Shown here: positions 1 through 11,994 of the stretch, in pieces
Numbering within the stretch: position 1 is the stretch's first letter
Layout: every line of letters starts with the position of its first letter
Translations under genes and position numbers: made by a program
Source: Mobula hypostoma
Taxonomy: Eukaryota
Assembly: GCF_963921235.1 (NCBI RefSeq)
Contig: NC_086097.1
Coordinates: forward strand, 191,086,001-191,150,000
DNA: 64,000 nt
Direction: 5' to 3'
Notes under the pieces: model-generated
Seen by the model: only the letters and a program-made list of their open reading frames with translations
Database searches by the model: none
Told to the model about the DNA's origin: nothing

Positions 1-398
1 AAAGAGAGAAGGTAGTGGTGGTGATAGGGGACTGTTCCCCTAGAGGAACAGGACACCCGGATGGTATGTTCCTCCCAGATGCCAGAGTTGGGGATGTCTC
101 AGATCACGTCCACAACATTTTGGAGAGGGATGGGGAGCAGCCAGATGTCTTGGTACATATTGGTACCAATGACATAGGAATGAAGAGCAATGAGGTCCTG
201 AAAAGAGAATTTATAGGGCTAAGTAGAAAGCTGAGAAGGAGGACCTCCCGGGTACTAATTTCTGGATTGCTGCCTTTGCCACGTGCCAGTAAGGGTAGAA
301 ACAGAATGAGTTGGCAGAAAAACACATGGCTGAGAAGCTGGTGCAGGGGGCAGGGCTTCAGGTTCTTGAACAACTGGGATATCTTCTGGGGGAGGTAT
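1..398 (+). pseudogene. CR1 LINE ORF1 fragment (SGNH/GDSL esterase domain), interrupted by a Gypsy insertion
   Basis: Translation VVIGD...LPDARVGDVSDHV...VHIGTNDIG...ISGLLP...WLRSWCRGQGFRFL matches the CR1 ORF1 esterase motifs; same sequence as the copies at about 21200-21700 and 28900-29400. Confidence 0.9.
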
Positions 399-628
399 TG
401 AAGCACCTCAATAACTCCAAAAGACTGAAGTTGGGTAAAATACTAAAAGGCTTTTATTCGCTGTACAATACGACCTCCATGGTGAGTGTCTGCCCCCGGA
501 CTGAGAGGGAGGGGCAAGGCGGAATCACCTTTATTCAGGAATCTGTGGGAGGAGCCACAGGGGCAGTCAGCAGAAGGGCATTTCCATACAGTTAACCCAG
601 TTACTATATATATATATAGTTTACCACA
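399..628 (-). repeat. 3' LTR of the Gypsy element
   Basis: Direct repeat of 4532-4715; preceded on the minus strand by a purine tract. Confidence 0.93.
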
Positions 629-647
629 TTCACCCCTCCTTTTTTTA
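629..647 (-). promoter_or_regulatory. Polypurine tract (plus-strand primer)
   Basis: Minus strand reads AAAAAAAAGGAGGGGTGAA-like immediately before the TG of the 3' LTR. Confidence 0.8.
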
Positions 648-689
648 AAAAGAGTCCCGCGGGGTGAAGTGACTGACAATATTTAAAAC

Positions 690-2212
690 AAGTATACTTA
701 CAGGTCAGTCTATCAGGCGGTCGAGTCCGTCGCTGTGATCTACGTAGCACCGGCGGTGATTGCATCAGTGATGGCGGTTGTGCTGGCTCCGGCCTGACTT
801 CAGGTGCCAGCACGTTAGGCGTTGTTAATCCCTCGTGCGTGTGCGTTGCGCCCGGTATGGGAGTGTCGTGTGGTGTCTGTGTAGGGCTTGGAGTGCGCGG
901 TGTCTCGTGGGTATATATATCGGTGGATATGGGGTTAATAGTCACCACAGAGTGTTCAGGGTAGGGGCCTGGTGCTCCTGCAGGCGCCAGGTCGCGGATG
1001 GAGACTGTGTCCTCCCGCCCATCAGGTAAAACCACATAGGCATACTGGGGGTTCGCATGAAGTTAGTGAAACCTCTCGACCATCGGGGAGTATTTATTGC
1101 TCCTCGCAAGTTTCCGGAGCAGCACTGGCCCCGGGGACATCAGCCAAGTTGGTAGGGTAGTCCCAGTGGTCGACTTTCTGGGAAAAGAAAAGAGCCGCTC
1201 ATGAGGGGTGGCATTGGTGGCTGTGCATAACAGGGAGCGGATGGAGTGGAGTGCCTCAGGAAGGACCTCCTGCCAGCGGGAGACCAGCAGTTCCTTTGAT
1301 CTGAGGGCTAAGAGTGTGGCTTTCCACACCGTGCCATTCTCCTTCTCTACCTGTCCATTCTCCGGGGGATTATAGCTCGTGGTCCTACTAGTTGCAATAC
1401 CCCTAGCCAGTAGGTATTGGCGCAGCTTGTCACTCATAAACGAGGACCCTCTGTCACTGTGGATATAACATGGGTATCCAAACAGAGTGAAGAGCTTGTG
1501 CAGGGCTTTTATAACTGACGTGGTAGTGGTGTCGGGGCAGGGGATGGCGAAGGGGAACCGCAAGTACTCGTCGATAACGTTAAGAAAGTACACATTGCGG
1601 TCAGTGGAGGGAAGGGGGCCCTTAAGGTCAACACTCAGTCGCTCAAAGGGGCGGGTGGCCTTGATGAGTGGTGCCTTTTCGGGTCGGTAGAAGTGTGGTT
1701 TGCACTCTGCGCAGACTTGGCAGTCCCTGGTCATCATCCTGATCTCCTCAAGGGAGTAAGGCAGGTTCCGTGCTTTTACGAAGTGGAAAAGCCAGGTGAC
1801 CCCCGGGTGGCAAAGATCTACATGTAGGGCATATAGCCGGTCGATCTGCGTGCTGGCGCACGTTCCCCGGGATAGGGCATCGGAGGGCTCGTTGAGCTTC
1901 CCAGGCCTGTACATGATGTCATAGTTGTAGGTGGAGAGTTCAATTCTCCACCTCAGAATTTTATCATTTTTTATTTTGCCCCGCTGTTGTTTATTAAACA
2001 TGAATGCGATTGAGCACTGGTCAGTTAGCAGGGTGAGCCTTTTGCCGGCGAGATAGTGCCTCCAGTGCCTAATAGCTTCCACAATGGCCTGGGCCTCTTT
2101 CTGCAAGTGGAGTGCCAAATTTCAGGGCCTTGAAGGGTATGGGAGAAGAATGCCACTGGTCTTCCTGCCAGGTTGAGGGTAGCAGCCAGCACAAAGTCGG
2201 AGGCGTCACTCT
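690..2212 (-). pseudogene. Gypsy RNase H and integrase (frameshifted)
   Basis: KEAQAIVEAIRHWRHYL...TDQ (RNase H); H-x4-H...C-x2-C zinc motif (HVDLCHPG...CQVC); SVDLKGP...IHSDRG...NGQVEKEN (DDE core); C-terminal DGREDTVSIRDLAP. Confidence 0.9.
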
Positions 2213-3076
2213 CTACTTGGAAGGGAATGGCATTGCTGCTTTGGCAATGTCCCCTTTTATGCGGTTGAAGGCCGCGTGGGCCTTGGCAGAGAGGGGGAAT
2301 GTGGTGGACTTGACCAGGGGGTGGGCCTTGTCTGTATAGTTAGAGACCCATTGGGCATAATATGAAAAGAAGCCCAGGCACCTTTTGAGGGCGCTGAGTG
2401 TGTTGGGAAGAGGGAGTTCCAACAGGGAGCGCATACGGTCGGGGTCAGGGCCAATGACTCCATTCTCCATGACACACCCAAGGATAGAAAGTCGGGTGGT
2501 CCCAAACACACACTTGTCCTTGTTATAGGTGGGATTGAAAGCTTTGGCCGCTTGGAGAAATTTTTGGAGGTTGTTGTCGTGATCCTGCCGGTCGTGACTG
2601 CAGATGGTGATGTTATCCAGATATGGGAACGTGGCCATCAGCTGGCACTGGTCCACCATCCGGTCCATTGCCCTCTGGAAGACAGATACACCATTCGTGA
2701 CACCGAAGGGGACGCTCAGGAAGTGATAAAGCCTGCCGTCCGCCTCGAAGGCAGTGTAAGGGCGGTCCTCCTGGCGGATGGGGACCTGATGGTAAGCAGA
2801 TTTTAGGGCTATGGTCGAGTACACCTTGTACTGCGTTACCTGATTGACCATATCCGTGATGCGGGGTAGAGGGTATGCGTCGAGCTGCGTGAACCTATTG
2901 ATGGTCTGGCTATAGTCCACGACTATCCTATTTTTCTCCCCGTTCTGAACAACGACCACCTGTGCCCTCCAAGGACTTGTGCTTGCCTCAATGACCCCCT
3001 CCCTGAGCAGCCGCTGCACTTCCGACTTAATGAAAGCTCTGTCCCCCGCGCTGTACCTCCTGCTTTTAGTTGCCAC
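2213..3076 (-). pseudogene. Gypsy reverse transcriptase
   Basis: SPWRAQVVVV, RIVVDYS, LKSAYHQ, PFGVTN, YLDN (decayed YxDD). Confidence 0.92.
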
Positions 3077-3349
3077 AGGTTTACAGTCGGGGGTCAGGTT
3101 GGCGAACAGTGGTGGGGGACGGACCTTGAGGGTGGAGATGGCATGGTGTTGGGTGGGATGTGTGGGTCAGTGTGTGTGTGTGGTCAGTAGTGGGGTATGT
3201 GACGTATCCCTACAAAACTAGGGATTTATGACAGTAACTGGTGGGAGGGGCCCATCATACTTCATTGTCATGCTTTTCAGGTGGCTCTGGAAGTCGAGCC
3301 CCAATAGCACAGGGGCACACAGTTGAGGCAAGACCAGTAACGTAAAGTC

Positions 3350-3620
3350 TCAATATTCTGTGCCCTGAACCACTAGCGTCGCTACACAACCCCCCCGGAT
3401 GTCTGTTGTATGCGACCCGGAAGCCATGGTGACCCTCTGCCTTACCGGCCGTATCACGAGTCCGTATTGCTGCACCGTGTCCAAGTGGATAAAACTCTCC
3501 GTGCTGCCTGTGTCAAACAGGCAGCTTGTCCTGGGCCCCTCCACCAGGATGTCCATCATTGACCTTGCAAGCTGGTGGGGAGCGCATTGGTCGAGGGTCA
3601 CGGAAGCCAGAGTTGAGCTG
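3350..3620 (-). pseudogene. Gypsy aspartic protease
   Basis: CLFDTGSTESFI active-site motif in ORF 3350..3778. Confidence 0.85.
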
Positions 3621-3779
3621 CTGTCTTGGTCCGGCACGGTGGGGTACCCCGTGAGCACCCGTTGGTTGTAGGCGATGGGAGGTGGCGCCGACCAAGATGG
3701 CCGCCCCCATGTCTGCACGTGGTGGCGGTGTGCAGGGAAGATGGCGGCAGGCAAGATGGCGACCCCCATGTTTCGCATG

Positions 3780-4500
3780 CGGCACTGCTCGATCCTGCTC
3801 GCGGTTTGGACTTACAGACCTTGGCAAAGTGGCCCTTCCTTCCGCAGCTGGAGCGGGTAGCTTGTTGGGCCGGGCAGCGTTTCCGAGGTGCTTCTCGAGT
3901 CTGCAGAAGTAGCACTTTGCGGACTCGCGATTGGCAGCAGCCGAGGTCGATTCGCCGGTGGGTTGCAGGGTCTACGTGCCTGGAGAGCCTCAGGGTTGTG
4001 TAGAGCGGCCTCCAGCGTGTCGGCCAGCTCGATCGCCAAACTTAAAAGGTAAGATTGGCTTTTTCCAGCAGCCGCTGGCGTACATACACTGACCTGGTCC
4101 CCGTGATGAAGGCGTCTCTCACTAGGAGTTCGGCGTGCTACGCCGCCGTCAGCTCCTGGCAAGTGCAGGCTTGCACAAGTGTCCATAGGGCCTGGACGAA
4201 CTCAGCACTTGATGCCCCGGACTGCTGTTGCCATGTCGCTAAGCGATGCCGCGCATAGATGCTGATTACTGGCCACAGGTATTGTCCTTTGAGGGCGCTC
4301 ATCGCACCGTAGTTCAGCTGGTCTCTGATCAGCGAATAGACCCGTGGACTGACCCTGGAGAGTAGAACTCTGCGCTTCGCTACGGGGTCAGTCGCTTTAA
4401 ATCCTCCAGGTACGCTTCAAAGCAGGCCAGCCAGAGTTCGAAAGCGTTTCCAGCTTCAGGCATTTGCGGATCGAGGTCTAACTTGTCGGGTCTATGAGAG
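3780..4500 (-). pseudogene. Gypsy gag (frameshifted) with decayed CCHC zinc knuckle
   Basis: RPDKLDLDPQ...FELWLACFEAYL near 4400-4495; RCPA...SSCGRKGHFAKVCKS near 3810-3885. Confidence 0.75.
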
Positions 4501-4531
4501 TTCCGGCTTTCAAATTTACAGTGAATAAAAT

Positions 4532-4715
4532 TGAAGCACCTTCAATAACTCCAAAAAACTGAAGTTAGGTGAAATACTTTAAGGCTTTTATTCACTGTAC
4601 AATATGACCTCCATGCTGAGTGTCTGCGAATCTGTGGGAGGAGCCACAGGAGCAGTCAGCAGATGGGTGTGTCCAGATAGTTAACCCAGTTACAACATAT
4701 ATATGATTTACCACA
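4532..4715 (-). repeat. 5' LTR of the Gypsy element (about 45 bp internal deletion relative to the 3' LTR)
   Basis: Alignment to 399-628; the segment 494-538 is missing here. Confidence 0.92.
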
Positions 4716-5748
4716 GGTATGACCTGTTCAAAAGTGACAGCTTGTACATGAACCCAAGGGGGACCAAGGTTTGTTAGAGCTGTTTGGGAGGGTTTAAACT
4801 AACTTGGTAGGGGGGTGAGAACCAGAGAGAAGGGATTCAGGATAGGACAAATGGTAAAAAGTAAAGATAGTGTGCAGTCAGACTGTCGAGAAGTGCAGGC
4901 AGGTGATGGGACTTAGTTGCAGCCAACAGGCGGAGTATCAAAATATTTGGGATGCAGAATCAGAAAGGGTAGCAAATACAGTACTCAAGGTGTTGTATCT
5001 AAATGCGTGTAGTATAAGAAATAAGGTGGATAATCTTGTTGCAATATTACATATTGCCAAGTATGATGTTGTGGCCATCACTGAACTGAATTGTGGCTGG
5101 ACGATAGTTGTAGTTGGGAACTGAACGTTCAAGGTTACACATTATATCAGAGGGATAGGAAGGTAGGCAGCGGGAGTGGTGTGGCTCTACTGGTTAAAAA
5201 CAAAACGCATCCTTTACAATCAGTAGAACGATGTGACATAGGATTGGAAGATGTTGAATCCTTGTGGGTTGAGTTAAGAATCTGCAAGGGTAAAGGATGT
5301 CAATGGCAGTTATATACAGGCCTCCCAACAGTGACTGGGAGGGGGAACCACAGGTTACAACAGGAAATAGAAAAGGCAAGTCAAAAGGGTAATGTTATGG
5401 TAGTCATGGGAGATTTTAACATGCAGGTTGATTGGGACAATCAGGTTAGTAATGGATCTTGAGAGTGAGTTTGTTGAATGCCTAAGAGATTGCTTTTTAG
5501 AGCAGTTTGTCATTAAGCCTACTGGGGATCAGCTATACTGGATTGGGTGTATTCCAGGACATGTGTATTCCAAAAATGAAAAAGTACTCAAATGGTAAAA
5601 TAGTACAACCATGATTGACAAGGGAAGTCAAAGCTATTGCAAAAGCAAAAGAAAGGGCATACAACAAAGCAAAAATTAGTGGGAACATAGAAGATTGGGA
5701 AGTGTTTAAAAACCTACAGAGAGCAACTAAAAATAATTAGAAGGGAAA
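4716..5748 (+). mobile_element. CR1 LINE continued: ORF1 end, ORF2 APE endonuclease, internal deletion
   Basis: LKVLYLNACSIRNK, YDVVAITE, GSGVALLVK, VMGDFN motifs. Confidence 0.88.
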
Positions 5749-6039
5749 AGATGAGTTATACAGCTCTCGTTACATGCATGTGCAGTTCAACTCTTTGAGT
5801 GAAAATGCTGAAAGTTTGAAGTTAATAACTCATCTCCTTCTACCTTAGGCCACAAACTTATCAATCACCACTGCTGTGGACCACTTCTGGAGGTCCAAGA
5901 CACCACATTCTACAAAGAAGGGATCCGTATGCTCCACGACCGCTGGACTAAGTGTGTAAATGTAGGAAAAATAAATGTGCTAGGTTTTCTAAAATTGACT
6001 CCTTCTTCCTTAGGCCACGAACTTATCAATCACCCCTCG
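5749..6039. mobile_element. Mariner-type MITE, truncated on the left
   Basis: Ends in CTTATCAATCACCCCTCG followed by TA; homologous to 32950-33270. Confidence 0.8.
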
Positions 6040-6041
6040 TA

Positions 6042-7280
6042 ACAGTGCCTAAGAAGAATGTGGTACCCTGCCTCTATGACTATCGTCCAGTAGCACTTGC
6101 ATCCGTTGTGATGAAGTGTTTTGAGAGGTTGGTGATGAAACATATCAACTCCTGCCTGAAAAGTGATTTGGATAATTTAACTTGATACCGGCACAACAGT
6201 TCACAGCAGATGCCATTTTGTTGTCTCTTTACTCAACACTGGAACATCTGGACCATGAAGATACATAGATCAGGATACCTTTTATCAATTACAGATCAGT
6301 ATTCTATACAATCATCCCCTCAGAACTTATCAATAAGTTTCAAGATCTTGGCCTCAGAGCCTCCTTCTGGATGTGGATGCTCAATTTACTCACTTGAAGG
6401 CCACGATCTGTTTGGACTGGCAATGATATCTCCTCCATATTCTCCATAGCACAAGTGCACCACAAGGCAGTGTGCTTAGCCCCAAGGTCTACTCACTTTA
6501 CACTTCTGACTGTGTAGCTAAGCACAGCTCCAAAGCCATATTTAATTTGCTGATGACATCACTGTTCTAAGCCCAATCAAAGGTGGTGATCACTCAACAT
6601 AGAGGAGGGAGATGGAAAATCTGGATGAGTGATGCTACAACAACAGCCTCACTCAATGTCAGCATGACCAAGGAGCTGATTATTGATTTCAGGAGGAGGA
6701 AATTGAAGGTCCATGAGCCAGTCGTCATGGGGGTATCAGAGGTGGAGAGGATCAGCAGCTTTAAATTCCTCTGTGTTATCATTTCCATGGACCCGTCCTG
6801 AAGAAAGCACCACAGTACCTCTACTTTCTTTAGAGTTCACGAAGATTCAGCATGACATCTAAAACTTTGACCAACTTCTATAGGTGTGTGGTAGAGAGTA
6901 AATTGACTGGCTGCATCACACTCTGGTATAGATACACCAATACCCTTGAATGGAAAATATTATGAAAAGTTGTGGATGTGGTCCAGTCCATCACAGGTAA
7001 AGCTCTCCCCACCATTGAGCACATCTACATGAAGAATTATTGTAGGAAAGCAGCATTCATCCTCAGGATGTGCACCACCCAGGTAATGCTCTCTTCTCGC
7101 TGCAGCCATCAGGAAGAAGGATCAGGAGATTTAGGACTCATTACCAGGTTCAGGAACAGTTACCACATCTCAGCCATTTGGCTCTTGAACCAGAGGGGCT
7201 AATCTCACTCAACTTTACTTTCCTTATCACTTATCTGGTCTCACAACGTATTGACTCTCTTTCAATGACTCTTCATCTCA
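6042..7280 (+). mobile_element. Rex1/Babar-type LINE, RT and 3' end, decayed
   Basis: [43 protein letters not shown] motifs. Confidence 0.8.
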
Positions 7281-8511
7281 TGGAACAATGTATATCTTGT
7301 TCATGTTCCAAAGTCTTTCAATTTCCTCTTTTGATTCATCATATTTCTGCTGTTTTTCACTTATTGACTTCTATAAGTTATGTGTGTTTGGAATGGCTAT
7401 TTCTATTAAATAAGTTGTTCTTCCTTGTTTATCCTGTATTATTATATCCGGACAGTTATTATAGATTGTCTTATCTCTAATACAGTAACTGATCAGTCGT
7501 AATATAATTTGCGGTATTCTGATTCTAAAACTGAAACAGGCTTGTATTTATAATAAGGTGTGATTTCATTTATGATTTTGTATTTTAAGGCATGATTTTG
7601 TTGAGTGATATTTGTCACTCGATTGTGCCTGTGTAAGTAATCAGATTGTACTCAGCTGTTATAGGATCCTGTAATGTGTTGAATTGTCTTGGCATTTTCT
7701 ACATTTATCATCTTAAATTTGTTGATCTTTTATTATGTATTTTTAATTTTTTTTTGTGTTAACCACCTGGTCCTGTATGCACAAGGAACCCTTCTGTTTT
7801 TGGGTAGAGGTCTTCAACTCTGAGCTGGGGGATCGATGATTCCTTGTCGACATCTAGTCTGCTCAGATCGTGGGGATGTCTTCCATGGAGGGTCATTCTC
7901 TTCCATTGGTTAACTTTTTCTTCAATAGCGATAATGTCTTCATCTTTCTGAGTCGTGCTCTCATTTAACGTTAGTGATGCATACTTTTTATCAGAATTGT
8001 ATATGCTCTCATGGAGTATTGATTCCTGTTTTCATTGAGGAAAGTATATCCCGAGAAGTTTTATCTGATGTGTAGATTTTTAATGACTGTTATTCCTCTT
8101 CCACCTTCTGATGTGTAGATTTTTAATGACTGTTATTCCTCTTCCACCTTCTGTCCTAGGTACAGTTAATCTGAGCACATTTGCTTACTTATTTATTCCA
8201 GCTCAAGCTGGCAAATTCTGAGGTACAGGCATAGTCAAGGATGCTCATTTGTTAATTGCTAATAACTCTTGGACTACTCTAGTGGGATTTTGTATCATGT
8301 CTTTCTGAAGATTTACATAGATTTTACTGTGTAGACCTAATTGTGTAATGTTATTGTGAAGTGCCTTTGGGATGATGCCAATTGTACATATTACTATTGG
8401 GACAATATATACCCTGTACATATTCCATAGACTTTCAATTTCCTCTGTTAATTCAGCTTATTTCTGCTGGTTTTCACTTACTGATTTCTGTAAGTTGTGT
8501 GTGTTTGGACT

Positions 8512-8909
8512 GTGTACATACATCTACTGATGCTTCTGGACACATCTTCAGTGATGTTCCTGGAATCATCGGGGATTTTCGGGTCTTTCAACATCATACA
8601 CCCTCCTCCAGGTGACCCAGCCAGGGCTGATCAGACCCCAGCTTGCGTCCAGATGGCTAGCTACTTATGACTCCATGGCTCCCCTCTTTTGAGCCACAGC
8701 CACCTTGAGGCCCTCTCTGCCGCATCGGTGGTACTGCAGATGGCTCTTCTCTTCCTCTCTCCCTCGATGCCCAAAATGCTGAAGGCTCTAACTAAAGAAC
8801 GGGCTATGAATCCCCTATAACCAGCCTCTACTGGGAGACACCTCGCTCTCCATCCAACCTGCTGACAGTTGCTGACCAGTCCTGCGTACTTGGAGAGCTT
8901 CCTTTCAAA
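8512..8909 (-). mobile_element. HERO-type (R2 group) non-LTR 3' fragment nested in the second R4-like copy
   Basis: Minus strand FERKLSKYAGLVSNCQQVGWRARCLPVEAGYRGF...AAERASRWLWLKR; R4-like sequence continues on both sides. Confidence 0.78.
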
Positions 8910-9357
8910 GTCTATATCTATTAAATAAGTTGTTTCTCTTGTTTTTCCTGCAATGTTATATCCAAACGGTTATTGTGGATTGTCCTACCATCTTGAATTT
9001 ATTGGTCTTTTATTATGTATTTTTGATATTTTTTTGTGTTAACCGCCTGGCCCTGTATTGTCACAAGGAAGCCTTCTGTTTCTGGGAAGAGGTTTCTGAG
9101 CCAGGCATTCAATACTTCCTTGTCGACATCTAGTCTGCTCAGATCGTGGAGATGGCTTCCATGGTAAAACCTGAGGTACGGGCATAGCCGAGCATGGACA
9201 TTCCTCTATTGCTCGGAACTTTTGGACTATTCTGATGGTGCTTTGTATTGTGGCTTTCTGGAGATTTACATAAATATTGCTTTGTAGAATTGTTTAATGC
9301 TATCGTGTAGTGATTTGGAGATGGTACCAGTTGTAGATATTACTAAGGGACAATGTA

Positions 9358-9526
9358 AAGCCTTTTCCCTTCCTTCTCATTCCTGAGGAAGGATCATGGC
9401 CTGAAAAGTCAACTGTTTATTCATTTCTATAGATGTTACCTGACCTGCTGAGTTATTCCAGCATTTTGTGTGTTTTACTTTGTGTTTTACTTCTGATTTC
9501 TAGTATCTGCAGGCTTTCTCGTGCTT
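9358..9526 (+). mobile_element. Penelope-like terminal-repeat fragment with 8-bp TSD
   Basis: Homologous to 17700-17850; TSD ACAATGTA at 9350-9357 and 9527-9534. Confidence 0.8.
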
Positions 9527-10629
9527 ACAATGTATACCCTGTTCATATTCCATAGTCTTTCAATTTCTTCTTTTAATTCTGCATATTTCTGGTGTTTTTC
9601 ACTTGCTGATTTCTGTATATTATGTGTCTTTGAAATGGCTATATCTATTAAGTAAGTTGTTCTTGTTTATCCTGTAATTTTATATCCAGTTACAATGGGT
9701 GGTTACTATGGATTGCCCAATCTGTAATAATGGATTGGTCATAATATTTGTAGGATTCTGACTCTAAAACTAGATCTGGCTTGTATTTATAGTAAGGTAT
9801 GGTGTCTTTTATGAGTTTGTATTTTAAATCAGGATATTTGGTGAATGATATTTGCCTTTTGATTATGCCTATGTAAGTAATCAGATTGAGTTAAACCTAC
9901 TGCAGACCTTGCAATGTGCTATATTATTTCTGGTTCCTCTCGTCATTTTTTTGCATTTCTCATCTTGAATCAGGTTGGTCTTTTATTATGAATTTTTGTT
10001 AAGTTTTTTTGTTAACCAACTGGTCCTGTATTGTCACAAGGAACCTTGCTGTTTCTGGGAACAGGTCTCTGAGACAGGCATTCGACACTTCCTCATCAAT
10101 GTCTGTTCTGCTCAGACCGTGGAGATGTCTTCCATGGAGGGTCATACTCTTCCACTGATTATCTTTTTCTTCTATAGGGATAATTTCTTAATTTTTCCTT
10201 CATTTAAGTTTAATGCTGCTTACTATTTTTCAGAGTTGCATATGGTTGCGTGGAGTGCTGAATCCTGTTTTGTTAATGAAAATATATCCTAAGTTTTATC
10301 TGACTGTTGTGTAAATGTTTTATGTCTGTTATTTCTCTTCCTCCTTGTATGTAGTGTTAATCCAAGTGTGATCGAATGTACATAGTGTTTTCTAAAATTA
10401 GTCATTTTAGTTCTAATTTTTCTTTGTAACTTTTCCAGACCAAGATATTAGAGAAAATAATATGTTAATTAGGTATATTGAAAGTGTTTATTTGCATTTT
10501 TATGTTTATTTGAGCTTCGATAGATTTTCTTAAGCATTGAAGTAACTTCTGTCAAAAGTTTTCCCTTTATTGCACAATGATCTATTTTCTTGGCTTGTTA
10601 GTATCTGAGATACTTGCATGTTTCAAATT

Positions 10630-11103
10630 CATCCCTCTGCAATTGGATCCTTGATTTCCTAACCGGAAGACCACAATCTGTGTGCATTGGTAATAATATA
10701 TCATCCTCGCTGGCGATCAACACTGGCGCAACTCTGGGGTGTGTGCTTAGCCCACTGCTCTACTCTCTGTATACACATGACAGTGTGGCTAGGCATAGCT
10801 CAAATACCATCTATAAATTTGCTGACGATACAACCATTGTTGGTAAAATCTCAGCTGGTGACGAGAGGGCGTACAGGAGTGAGATATGCCAACTAGTGGA
10901 GTGGTGCCGCAGAAACAATCTGGTACTCAATGTCAGTGAGACGAAAGAGCTGACTGTGGAGTTCAGGAAGGACTGGTTATCCACCTTGCAGGTATGGTCT
11001 TTCATTGTTTCTTGGATTTATTAAGAATGCCTGCAAGAAAATAAATTTCAGGGTTGTATATGGTGACATATATGTACTCTGATAATAAACTTACTTTGAA
11101 CAT
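10630..11103 (+). mobile_element. Rex1/Babar-type LINE RT fragment joined to a 3' tail
   Basis: [37 protein letters not shown] motifs. Confidence 0.82.
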
Positions 11104-11994
11104 TGTAATAATTCCAAATCTGATTATGCGCACATCTTCAGAATAATTTAAACTCTGTAGATTGTAAGAGATGACTGAATTAATTCTTTGATAGTAATGT
11201 GAATTCTGTAAATAACATTTTTCTGTTTGAAATCATCTAAGTCAATAGTACTCACTTTGGCAAAATGTCACAATATAGCTGGTGGGCACATAAAGTTCAG
11301 ATTCAAATGTGTGTTCTTTGCTAATGGAAAAACTGATGAGATACCCTGTTGGAATATTGCCTTAAAGGGAAAGGAAAAAAAGTTTTAATTAAGGTAATAT
11401 CAAAAAAATGTCAACCAAGAGGAGAACTTACTGTGGAATATAATGAGTGGGAAACAATATTCCCCTGTTTACAACATTTCCTTTGAGATTACGTTTGACA
11501 TTCCAATTTTTTAAACAAAATTGCAGGCTAATAACCAGGATGTGGGAAGTAGAAATGTTTAGAATTCAGAGATTTTCATGAAATCCATTTTTCTCAGGAA
11601 ATTGGGCTTAATGTCATGCCCAGCTGGAGCCTGCGTTGGACCTTATTTTAACAGTGTAGGAGTCAGGAAAGTCAAGTAGCAGAGGGATTGTGAATTAAAT
11701 AAGATCTTGAGGTCATTAATGTGGTCTGAACACAGGTACTCAGCAAATCCAATCTGCTTTTAGATTTCCCAATGCAGAGTAACCAAATTGTGAATACCAA
11801 ATGCAAAATATTGCTTCATTCTGAAGAACTGTAGAACTATTTGTGTCTCGATGATGGATAGGAGAGAAGTGAAAGGACCCATGTTGCACCTCCTGAGGAT
11901 GCATAATTGTATTGCAGCCTGCCTGATTCAATACTGAATTCTCTAACTTTTGGTGACTCACTCTGTATTAAAACTTGGTTCCTTGAGGTTGTTA

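Larger units (their letters stand above)
399..4715 (-). mobile_element. Gypsy/Ty3 LTR retrotransposon, both LTRs present, decayed (gag-PR-RT-RH-IN)
   Basis: TG...CA LTRs at 399-628 and 4532-4715; 5-bp TSD GGTAT at 394-398 and 4716-4720; CR1 sequence resumes in register after the TSD; domain order PR-RT-RH-IN. Confidence 0.95.
7280..10612 (-). mobile_element. Cluster of three 5'-truncated R4/Dong-like (restriction-like endonuclease) non-LTR fragments
   Basis: Minus-strand translations DKTIYNNCPDIIIQDKQGRTTYLIEIAIPNTHN (PD-(D/E)xK type) and ETEGFLV.IQ.Q.VNT recur in copies at about 7280-8215, 8218-9165 and 9168-10612. Confidence 0.7.

Noticed and set aside
1063..3076. Gypsy pol as functional or domesticated
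   Set aside because: Frameshifts between domains and the catalytic YxDD changed to YLDN.
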